Shown in pieces: positions 53,942 to 64,000 of a stretch of 64,000 bases of DNA. The notes below the pieces were generated by a model, which was given only the letters and a program-made list of their open reading frames with translations, made no database searches and was not told the DNA's origin. Source of the DNA: Pseudovirgaria hyperparasitica (lineage: Eukaryota); assembly GCA_010093815.1 (NCBI GenBank), contig ML996572.1; one strand, 5' to 3'. How positions within the stretch are numbered: the first letter of the stretch is position 1; each line of letters begins with the position of its first letter. The position numbers were made by a program, and so were the translations under genes.

Positions 53942-54245
53942 GTCCACAATATGAAGGATTTAGCATCATGATAAGAGAGCAATGTGATCTTGAGATATCA
54001 CCTAGCAATTGGATATAAGATTCCAGGCTATAATATGGACGTAACGCCCCGTGTATCCGTACTGTCATGTGCATGAACTTAAACAAAACCAGCGCTAACA
54101 TGGCCCAACTCCAACAGTTTATGAATATGAACCACGAGACTCCTCTGAACCAATGCCAACAAGGACTGTATCACAAAAGTGCATTTGATACCGGACACAA
54201 AAACGCCTCCGCCATGCTGGGTATATTCGACAGGGCCGATGCCGC

Positions 54246-56694
54246 CTATTTTCCTGCGTGAAAAGCAAACTTTGAGAGATCGAACGAGACTCCGGTAGAC
54301 TTGCCGGTCAAATCTTCGTCTGGCTCAGACTCGCCGCCACTGTCAGGCACAAGCATGTCCTCGCTCCCCTTGAGGTTTTGTTTGCGGCCCACAGAGGTTG
54401 ATACTTCGATGGACACAGGAGGAGATGGTGAGCGTAAACCATCACTTCCTGGGACAACAATGGTGTTCCCAGTCTCTTTCCATTCGGCATCGGAGATATC
54501 TGGATAGTCATCAATAGTTTCGGATGTAGCGCCCGGTAGTGTGTCAGATACAGAGGCTACATCTCCAGTCTTTAACGATGGCTCAGGCTGGCTCGAAAAG
54601 ATCGGGGGTAAGGGTATCGGACGAGATGTGGAACGTTTGGATTTAACAGGGGCTGAATATGTTCGAGCAAATCTCCTCTCGGTCGCGTTCTTTACCATTT
54701 TCCTACTCAAAGTGGGCGAGTCAATGTCCCTTGCTGACTGAAGCGCAAACCTTGAGTGAAGATCTCCGAGGTTTTTGCGTATGGAGTCGTCGAACACTGA
54801 GGGTTCATACAGGTCGTCGGTCGGTGAACTTCCAACAGATGTAGCAGGTGTCAGACAGCCTGTACTAATCTGCGACTCGACGGTCATATTTGTCATTGCA
54901 GTCATCTGAGATGTATCGCCGTCGAGACTGTCTCTTTGCGACAGCGCAGGAGTGGTAGGAACATCCGCTAGTACAGACATCTTCTTTCTAGGCTTCACAA
55001 AGTCATGTTCAAGGTCGGGAAGCTCAGCCATGGCATCTTCAACCGAGTCATCAGAGAACAGATTGAAGTCGAAGGATTTATTTTTCCCCTCACCGCTCAC
55101 TGCACGCGTTGGCTTGCGTGTAGCAGTAAGGGTGGGTCCAAAGAAGTGGCTTTTTTCATCAGCGTCTTCAAGTGTGGGTTGCTCATTGGCTCTGCTGACA
55201 ACAGGTCCGACACATAATCTTGGCCTTTTGGGTGCGTGGCGCCCTGCATTCATTGTGGTATCGGATGCTGACCTACGCGGGGCTGATGCGTTGCGAAGAG
55301 CAGGTCGGCGTGGCTGCATGGCCTGGGCAAGGCTCATCTGCGACGCAGCGTTAGCTGTGAAAGGTCCTGGGTTGTCTTCGAGCAGCCGCTGTTGACTAGG
55401 GTTTGGTCGGAAGACATTTGGATCCAGTTCAGCCAAGGGGACCCGCTTCTTGAAGAACTGATCGATAGGCTTCCCTTTCTTTGGATCATCATTCTCGGAT
55501 GAATTCTCGCTGCCAGTCGTTGAGTTGAGTCTCTTCTTGATAGAGGCGACAAGACGTTCACCGGATTGCGAAGCTTTGGTCTTCTCCGGAACTATCATTG
55601 TCAGCTTGGTGTGGGGATTCAGTCTGCCCTGGGCGATCCCTCGTGCTGTCTTTGGTTCCAAGGAGGCCCCTATGTAGGGCATATCGCCAGCTTGTAGATT
55701 GTCCGGCAGCGGCGTCAAATGTACGAGTTCTTGAGCATCTGGGCAGTACACCCACTGGTACAAGAAAGTTCTCTCAGCTTGTTCGAATGAAGTCTCGTAT
55801 CCGGCCGGAAACTTGATCTTACCATCGAACCTGGCGGCGGAAACTAGACGCTCAATCGTTTTATACTTCCGCACATGCCTGTATGCCGTCTTAAGGCCCA
55901 TGCTGGCAGGGTTTTTCAGGTAATCACAGCCACTCAGAATAGCCATACGTCTGAACTCTGCATCAGACCATCCAACAAGACTGACTTCTCGACAGGCGGT
56001 GAAGTCTTGTCTCCTGACCATGATACATTCTCCGTAAGCGTCCAGCTTGGTGAGAAGTGTCTTGGCACCAAAAACTAGGAGATCGGAATCCTCAGAAAGA
56101 ATTGCCTGGATAATACCCTTCTGCTCGAGGTATACCATCTGAGCGTCGGCCTCGTATGGAGCAACAACATATTGCACATTTGCACGCTTCAATTCCTCGA
56201 TAAAACAAAGTGCCACCTCGGGAGTAATATCGACAGCTTTCGCAAGCTCCTGGTGAGCTAATGATGATTTACCCGCTTTGAGAAGATCTGTACCGATTCT
56301 TCTAGCTTCTGCCCTTGCGCTTGCTCGATCTTTCTCGGTCTCCGCTTTGCTCGGTAAATAGTCGCCGTCGAACACTAGATAGGGCGTAATGCCAAAGTGT
56401 ATGAGCATGTGTACCCTCTTCATACAGAACTCGATGTGCCTAGTGCACGTTAGCGCACACTCAGTAGCAGATACAGATCTTGCGTACTGCATAGTGAATT
56501 GGCCGAGAGCAAGCTTGACGCCGCAGGTATGAGCCCCACGATGAAGCCATCCGTACGCGTCAATGCCAACAACATGGCCAGCAAACTTCCTTATGTGGCA
56601 TGGTTTCTGGATTGACTTGAGCAGAGGGAGCAAGCCTGCCAGTTCTTAGCTGAAATCTAGACATGCAAATCCTACACGAACCGGTAATCCCCAT
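54246..56694 (-). CDS. EXO1: Exonuclease 1 (XPG/Rad2 family)
   Basis: MGITGLLPLLK, GIDAYGWLHRG, VFDG, APYEADAQ, SEDSDL, LSGCDYL; introns 56681-56636 and 56487-56440. Confidence 0.95.
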
Positions 56695-56822
56695 GTTTAT
56701 GCCTCGCGGAAGCCTCGAATGTGATGACGGGAGGGGCCGCAATTCAAGACGACATGGCGAAAAGGAACCAACAAATTCGAATAAAGTATCGAGCAGAAAA
56801 ACAAGTCGTTAGTCCCGTAAAC

Positions 56823-56959
56823 TCGCGTACGAGCGTGCAGTTGCGTATCGAGAGAACTCGAGCTCCGTCGGGGCAGTTGGATGCGGTGAGGCGAACGCGC
56901 CGGGATGGGAAGAACACCCAAAGGACGCGACGTGCTACGCCGTAAAAGGTATGTCGCGT
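56823..56959. promoter_or_regulatory. Four ACGCG (MCB-like) elements upstream of EXO1
   Basis: TCGCGT 56823-56828, ACGCG 56895-56899, ACGCGA 56925-56930, TCGCGT 56954-56959. Confidence 0.5.
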
Positions 56960-57266
56960 GTATAAGGAGCAGCTGAGCAACCTACAAAACTATCTCCTCG
57001 ATACTCTATAAGAAAATGTAGCAGCAGGTCTGACTAACAACCTAATTTGCTGAGAATTAGATATCTTAGCACAACCGAAGACTTCAAGTACATCCGATAG
57101 ATCAACCCTGAGTAGACTGCGCACTGCTTGAACCGCGATGTCTCAGGTGGCTGTTCCTTAAGCGGGAGACCGGCGCTAACGGCGTGTTATCGATAAGCAT
57201 TTTGTGTAGGTCTTGCCCAACTCCATCTGATTTTATTTTGACGTAGAACTACGACAGCAGAATACG

Positions 57267-57853
57267 ATGCCGACCAAAACCTTCACCAAAGTGCAAAAGC
57301 ACATTGCCAAGAAGAAGGGGAAGAACGCAGCTCTCCATGAGCATAGCCGGGACTCGCACAGACTGCAAAGAGCGGCGATGCGGGATGACAAAGTTCAGAG
57401 AATCACGTCTGCGAGAGCGAAGCAGAATCAGCCTTTATGTGAGCAAGGACAGCCTGAATTCTTAACACTAAGCTGATGATGTCCCAAGTGCAGAGAATCG
57501 CCTGGTTTCATGGCATCGCGACCGAACGTGATCCACCATTGGACATATCCACAATCCAAGGCCTAATACGAGAATGCATACATCGCGACGACGAGGAGCT
57601 AGGAAAGTTGAAGTCTGAACGTAGAGCAGGACGTCCACCAAGTACGCGTGAGGTTATGCTAAAGCAGAGGGTGGACGAAGAGACGAAAGAGCATAAGTCA
57701 GGTTTCTATCTGCCAGATCTAGAGGACGAGAAGAACATCGATGCGCTCAAGGAGTGGAATGGCGACTATGTGGCATTGAATACCGTAAATTTCGTGAGGA
57801 TTTCTGATGATGGAACGAAACACCAATCGAAGTTTCCCCCGAGGCAGAAATAG
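57267..57853 (+). CDS. TMA16: Translation machinery-associated protein 16 (60S biogenesis factor)
   Basis: LHEHSRDS, RDDEEL..LKSERRAGRP.STRE, GFYLPDL, WNGD; intron 57439-57488. Confidence 0.88.
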
Positions 57854-59037
57854 CCAATGAAGCACATGAAAAAATAGAAAGTTGTGGTGTGTATGTGGAT
57901 TGTGATACCCCAGGCAGCGAGATGCAGTTACGTGTGGGTCAGATATTCACATGGGCGGAGATGATGTAGATGCAGACCTTTGCCGTACACTGCATCGCCA
58001 AGAAGCTCTATAGCTGCACCAGGCCACTGGCTTGCCAAGGTCGACGGGAACCCGGCAGAAGTGGTGATAAAGAAGTAGAAGGGGGATACCTTTGATACGC
58101 ACATACTGGTATTTATGTCATTCTGCTGTGGCTTCTGCTCCCAAATTTGAATATCCTGCAAGTTCCCGCGCCCGGCAAGTCGTCAAATCGAACATGCGCT
58201 GAAACTTCGCTTCATTGAAGCTGAGCCTCAATCCAATGACTCTATTGGCTCAAGCGGATTTTACCAGCTTGACCGAGCATCGCACTCCGTCTCTCTTGAC
58301 CTAGTCGAAGTTGACAATTTGATGCGCCTCGTAAACTTTGGTACACCATGACAAAGAGATGGTGCTGGGTGACTATCGACGGTCGGGCTTATGTTGCGAT
58401 TGGAGAAAGCATCAACTTGAACATCTGGCATTCACACTAGTATTAGCTTAGATGTCATCGAAGGGCCTTCCTTGTCCACATCTTACGCTGAATGTACCAG
58501 GCGTAAATAAGCTTTTGATGTAAACAATGCCCCCGAGATGTTACTATGTAACAAGGGGTTTCCCTCGATGCCGAACTCGATATGATGTAATGGATTCACA
58601 TCAGGCTATGGCTTATCAAAGATCGATGAGCCAGATTGTAGGATAGCTTGAGCTAGCCACTTTGCGGTCTGCCCACATGATGCCGGCAGCATAGCAGGTT
58701 CAGACGTTGGCGACTTAGGGTCATTCGTTGTTGACAATTTTCATACCAGCAATTGCATGATGACTGTCTCTTAACGAGGATTTTTGGCGCCCGATAATTC
58801 GAGACAGTGCAGAAATGAGGACGTGTATACGGAATCCTGACGTTGTTGAGCTCGCCGGTAGCTTCCATCAGATGCGGAGATGCAGGGCGCAGTAGGCTTA
58901 TACGTTCCTAGGGCAGACATACCACTAAGCGATCAATGTGCGACGTAGATCAAATCATTACCGGCTTTAATGGATTTGTTCGCCAATACGGATGGATAGA
59001 GAGTAGGCGATAGACGTCATCTGTTTCACATCCTTAT

Positions 59038-59837
59038 TCAACCGAATTGTGAGCAAGCCGCGTCATGATGCCTCTTGCATTCTAACCTGCAAACTCTTTC
59101 CCCACATTTCAAACATCGTATACGGCCCCAGTAGCCACACATTACACAGAAACGTCTGATCGGTGGCCCATGTGCTGAAGGCGGCGCAACACGGGCTGCG
59201 TTATATGATAAAGGTGGTGCGGAGATTAGAGCCTCAAGCTCTTCGGGCGTGGGTGCAGGCGGTACGGTAGACTCGAGCAATGGATACTTTAGCAATGGAT
59301 CTGGTGACTCTTTTGATATGCCAGTCATTGGCGCGGGTGTTTGATTTTGGGAGGCAGTCGCTGGTGTACGTGGAGCTGTAGAGACGCGTCTAGAGCCGTC
59401 TAGAGCCCTTGCTACAGCCTTAGAAGGATTGCTGCGTATTTCAGCCTCTTCATCAGCGAGATAGTTGTCGAATCGTTTGCCAGATTGCAATATTCGGCGC
59501 ACGTTTGCAGTATTTCCGCCTTTGAATGCTATTTGGGGAATTAGTGAATGTGGCGCATACATCCCGTTGTCTCTGACATACCGCCCTCTTTCTTCTTAGA
59601 AGGTATGTTGACCTCTTTGGTGCTTGTATCGCTGTCCAGTAGGTTCAATCGCTTGGTCAGACGCATCTGCACTGCTGCTGCGGTGGCTTCACTGCTGTCC
59701 CGGCCAGCTGCGACTCGACGCCTCTTGCCGGCAGGATTAATGGCGACTTTGGACGGATCGAAGCCTGTATCTACGATATAGGCCCAGCCCGGACCAGGAG
59801 CTGAGCCAGTGTTCGGAAGCACTTCGATACGAGGCAT
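59038..59837 (-). CDS. VPS71: SWR1 complex zinc-finger HIT subunit Vps71/Swc6
   Basis: PGWAYI, TANVRRILQSGKRFDNYLADEE, C-terminal zf-HIT RRFCVMCGYWGRIRCLKCGERVCRLECKRHH; intron 59581-59529. Confidence 0.85.
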
Positions 59838-61129
59838 TGTTAGTCGTAGTAGAAAGCATGGTAAGTGAAGATTGAGGTCTGGAACATGGTGGTCGAACAC
59901 TCCATATCATATCCATTAGATAATACGGAGCTTTGATGTTACCGGGATACCTCACGTCCCCTCGGTCATTACCTACTACAAAACTATCACCCAATGATCG
60001 ACCGCTATCTGTGTACATGGAGTAGAAGGTGAACCATTGAATACAGCTCCTCACATACGGTTCCCGTCAATGGCTGTGATATAGTACCCAATGGAGCATA
60101 CCTGGAACCTAAAGCAGATAAGAACCCTACCGACTACCGGGCCGCTGTCAACGTGAATTCGATCGAGCCAGAGGAAAGCGCGATTGGCATCCTTACACAG
60201 AGCGACACGCCAATATGAGTTTTGCAACGGTCAAATGTTGGCGTAAAGTTTCGTCGCAAAGGTTTCCTGCCAAGAAGAGTTTGAGTGGGTGGTACAGCAT
60301 AAGGCATAGTAGTTGTATTGTTGATGCAATGGCCTGCATGATGAAGATCTAGTCTCTGTCCAAGGGATGAGAAATGCGACGCGACAATCTAAATGCAGTA
60401 AATGGTATAACGTACGATTACAGCATATGTATGTCGAGCCTCGTTTCATTCTCTCTAGGGGTCCGGCAGAGGAAGTCTTACATATTATGATCACCACGGT
60501 AGTCGACACCAAGAATGGGTACCATATCTGTACTTTGACCGCACTTGGTGGTGAGGATTCTCTCAGGCGCACTTGAAATTGGTGCTTTGTTCGATATGAC
60601 CAAGGTCAGCCGAAGGGGGATAAACGGCAGGTATTGCTATAGTTTGAAGGCAGCCGTGTGTGATGAACTGCTGCTGGAATACCAGACCAAATTTGAGGGA
60701 GGGAAACAAAGAGGGTTTCCAAGGTATGGCGGGTAGGGTTCTTTCAAGTCCTTCACATCATTCTTGTCGTGTGTTGCTTTTCGAGAACTACAAGCGTAAC
60801 AATTACGCCTTTCCGCAATACTGTTCGATTATTCGTTGTCATTGGTCAATATTCTATTGAGATTCTTGTTAGGAAGAGATTAAATCCTAGTAGTAGGTTC
60901 ATAAAGGTAGTGAAGTTCTGCAAGAATTCAAGTCCACCAATGCGGCCGTCTTCTTACGATGTTTCGCATTTCTGCTTCTACTACACGATAAGTTTTTACT
61001 CTGAAAGCATCGAGGCCTAGTCGATGATGGTCAGTACGTTCAAAAGATCAAAGATATTCATGTCAGGGCAAGAGGAGGAGGAGCAAAAGGGCAATATCTC
61101 GAAATGGCCGCTCGAAATCCAAAACAAAA

Positions 61130-61251
61130 GCTCATGCCCGGGATCGAACCGCAGATCATGCGCCTCTGCGCCCCTGCAGATACTTAGCTCCTTCATCTGG
61201 TGCTTTTCTTCAGTGGTGGGTCATGTCGTTAACCAACTAGACTAATTCTCC
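61130..61251 (-). ncRNA. tRNA-like Pol III unit / tRNA pseudogene (non-canonical stems)
   Basis: A box TAGTCTAGTTGG (61244-61233), D-stem GTC/GAC, B box GGTTCGATCCC (61150-61140), terminator TTTTGTTTT (61129-61121); acceptor and anticodon stems do not pair canonically. Confidence 0.6.
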
Positions 61252-61524
61252 CACTGGGGACTGGAATCTTGGAAGGATGATTCAATTATAAATGGGTGGT
61301 TGGATATCGAACTCTTCACTTTATTGTTTGCCAAGCACTAGGGCTCGCCCGGTAGCCCGCAAGGCCCGCCGAGGTTCCATCGCGGTCTACACCTGACTCT
61401 CGTCTGTTTGCTTCCCAGTTCTAACTGGCGAGCGATCTAGTTCTCCGTTTCGTTGCATCACAGTGTTTGTCTTTCGTCTCGTGCCCAATACAATTGCTCT
61501 CCGCATAACGAAATTTCATGTACA

Positions 61525-62363
61525 ATGGCGCCTCGAAAGGAACCGAAAGAGCCAAGAGAGAACGCCGCTGACATGATTCTCACGTACCTCCGCAAGCAGA
61601 AGTACACTCACCTCACACCAATTCATGCCTTTACTGACACTCTACCTCACTTCGCAGTCGTCCCTACTCTGCAACCGATATCTCCGCCAATTTACACAAT
61701 AAGGTGACTAAAGCTGCGACTGCAAAGCTTCTGAAAGACCTACACGAGCGCAAGGAGATCGAAGGTCGCGCCGCCGGCAAGCAGATTGTGTACCACTCAG
61801 TCCAGGTTAGCTGCAACATCATTTTAGCATATCACGGCACGTAGCCATCATTCGTTTGCGTTCGCCTTCATCCCAGGAACGGGTTTTTACTGACACGCAG
61901 CTCTGTATTTACCGGGCTCTTCGCGAAAGCCGACCATTTCTCTGCTAACAACCACTAGTCCGCAGACGACGGTGCTTCACCAGAGGATCTTGCGGCCATT
62001 GATGCCCAGATCAACACCTACCGTTTCCAAACATCAGATCTGCAAGCCTCCATCAAAGTCCTGAAAGGCAGACTCTACACACTATCATCGACGATGTCCA
62101 CCGTGGACCTCGTAGCGACCATGGCGAGTCTTGACGCCGAGAGAGCTGAGATATTGGCGCGACTTAGCCCGCTTCGTGCTGGGAGTGTTAAGCCAGTTGA
62201 CACAGCGGAGATGAAGCATGTAGATGCTGAGTTGAACAAGTGGACCGGCATTGAGGTGAGACGACGAAAGATTGAGGCCGAAATGTGGGCGCTAATGAGA
62301 GATCTGTTGCCGGAGGGTACGGATCATGCAGAGCTGAGAGAGAAGCTGGGGCTGGACGAGTGA
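61525..62363 (+). CDS. HOP2: Meiotic homologous-pairing protein Hop2/TBPIP
   Basis: ILTYLRKQNRPYSATDISANL, GKQIVYH winged helix then coiled coil; introns 61602-61657 and 61806-61958. Confidence 0.88.
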
Positions 62364-62534
62364 GGACACTGTCTGGACATGTCTCTATCCTTCTAACTTT
62401 GACTCATGTTGCTACGGAGATCTATTCTGGGTGAACAGGTCAGAGTGTAAGTATTTTAGATCTGTGTGAGTAATGGTATCCATGGTCATCACAAAGAGCT
62501 TCGGATGAAAGCACATCCCTAAGCTAGTGTCTCA

Positions 62535-64000
62535 TCAAGTTGTAAATCGGAAGGAAGGATGATCATCACCAAGATTATCGACATCGTCTCCCTCCAGCCG
62601 CCAATCCCTCTCACCCCTATCTCTTTTTTTGTTCTCTCTTCTGACGCCAAAGAACAGTATGGTGCAAGAAGCGCCGCATACCCACAGAAGCCCAAGAGAA
62701 ACACCATAGCCCGTCGGATACCGAGGTCTCTCACTGTCCAGAAAAATATTCGACGCGACAATTCCTCCCATATTGCCAAAGCCAACTGTCATGGCAGCAC
62801 TCACGCTCCTCTTGTAGTGACCAGCCATTGAATTCTGCACCCATGTCAAGACAACTGAATGTGTGATTGAGTTTCCGGGTACGATGAGGAAGAGGGCGAA
62901 ATACTTGACGCCCTTGGAAAGACCATGCTGGTTGAGTAGTACGATGTAACCGACAGACGCAACCAACAGACCAAGAATGCAAAATGAATAGCGATGTCTC
63001 AAACGATCGGTTGCCAATGCATTTACCAGGGCGACACAAGTCGCGACGATTAATACTGGAATAGTGCGTACTTGCGCCGCTTCAGCGGTGTACCCTAGCT
63101 CGCGAATAATCGTAGGCATGAAGAAGCTTGCGGAGTAACCTGTGTTAACGACACCAAAGTACATCGGTACAGCAATGTAGATTTTCCAATCCCGGAAGAT
63201 ACGTTTCAGAGCGGGCTTGTCAAGCCTATTCATGGCTGCCTCACCCACGTCAGCATGCAAGCGTGCAGCCAACATCGCCCTTTCGGGCTCCGAGAGGAAC
63301 TTCGCTGTCTCTGGCCAGTCGACAACCCAGAACTTGGCCACCAGACCGATCGCAACGGTCGCGAGACCCTCAATGATAAAGATCCAGCGCCATCCACGGT
63401 ACCCGCCAACTCCATCCATGTGCGCCAACGCGTATGCCAGGAGCCCGCTAAATGCGCCTGCGAGAAGGCTTGCGCTGAAGAAAAGCGTTAATCGCCACTG
63501 GAGCTCGAAACGCTTGTAATACATGCTAATCAGGTAAATGCAACCAGGAAACAAGCCCGCTTCGAAAAAGCCGATGAGCACACGCATGGCAACAAGACCT
63601 TCGACGGACTTGATAAGGCCCTGACCAACTGTTGCGATGCCCCAGAGGACCATGATCAAGCTCAGCCAGGTGGATGGCGCAACTTTTTTGAGGATCATGT
63701 TACTGGGGATTTCGAAGAGAATGTATGGGATCTGGAGGCGTCAGTGGCGAAATAGTGTAGAATGTGATATCACAAACAAAGAACACGAAGAGAGCAATGT
63801 TGAAATCATTCCCAACCATATTCAAGTCCTCGGTCATGCCCTGGATCCGCGCATTCCCTTCGAATGTCAGCTGACCTCAACAAAGATCTCTGAGAGCGAT
63901 TCCGCATTTTGACAGTTCTATCGATTGGCCACATACCTATGTTCGACCGATCTAAGAACGCCATCAAGAATAGGACGAAAAGGGGTGGTAGTATATTCAG
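62535..64000 (-). CDS. MFS anion:cation symporter (Tna1/Dal5-like), 5' truncated by window edge
   Basis: FLDRSNIGNA, YILFEIPSN, GFFEAGLFPG, GWRWIFIIEG, GHYKRS, LGDDHPSFRF. Confidence 0.9.

Noticed and set aside
60338..60670. Box C motifs ATGATGA (60338) and GTGATGA (about 60660) as snoRNAs
   Set aside because: No CTGA box D at a suitable distance and no recognisable guide.
61130..61251. Functional tRNA (Val/Trp/Sec) or 5S rRNA
   Set aside because: Acceptor and anticodon stems do not pair, no U33/purine-37 loop; resemblance to 5S is limited to a few short words.

Overview
Gene-dense, intron-containing fungal (filamentous ascomycete, most likely Dothideomycete) genomic DNA. About 20 protein-coding genes can be reconstructed: GUP1-like MBOAT (5' partial), proteasome beta2 PUP1, NUP159, a DHA1 MFS transporter, an AA9 LPMO, an SLM1-like BAR/PH protein, augmin HAUS1, isoaspartyl methyltransferase, then a DHN-melanin core cluster (trihydroxynaphthalene reductase, Cmr1/Amr1-type C2H2+Zn2Cys6 regulator, non-reducing PKS SAT-KS-AT-PT-ACP-ACP-TE), an ER TPR/DnaJ co-chaperone, GH5 steryl-glucosidase EGH1, exportin MSN5, a CYP52-like P450, EXO1, TMA16, VPS71, HOP2 and an ACS-family MFS transporter (5' partial). 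An AT-rich RIP-like block with a 14-bp tandem array and a decayed ORF abuts the melanin cluster. The least explained signals are: a tRNA-like Pol III unit (intact A box, B box and terminator but no cloverleaf) beside HOP2, a HOP2 intron with a second branch point/acceptor, a possible GA-AG intron in NUP159, a long open frame behind the GUP1 stop, a possible non-AUG N-terminal extension of the methyltransferase, and a CaaX box on the GH5 enzyme. Gene identities are by recognition of protein motifs; no database searches were run.
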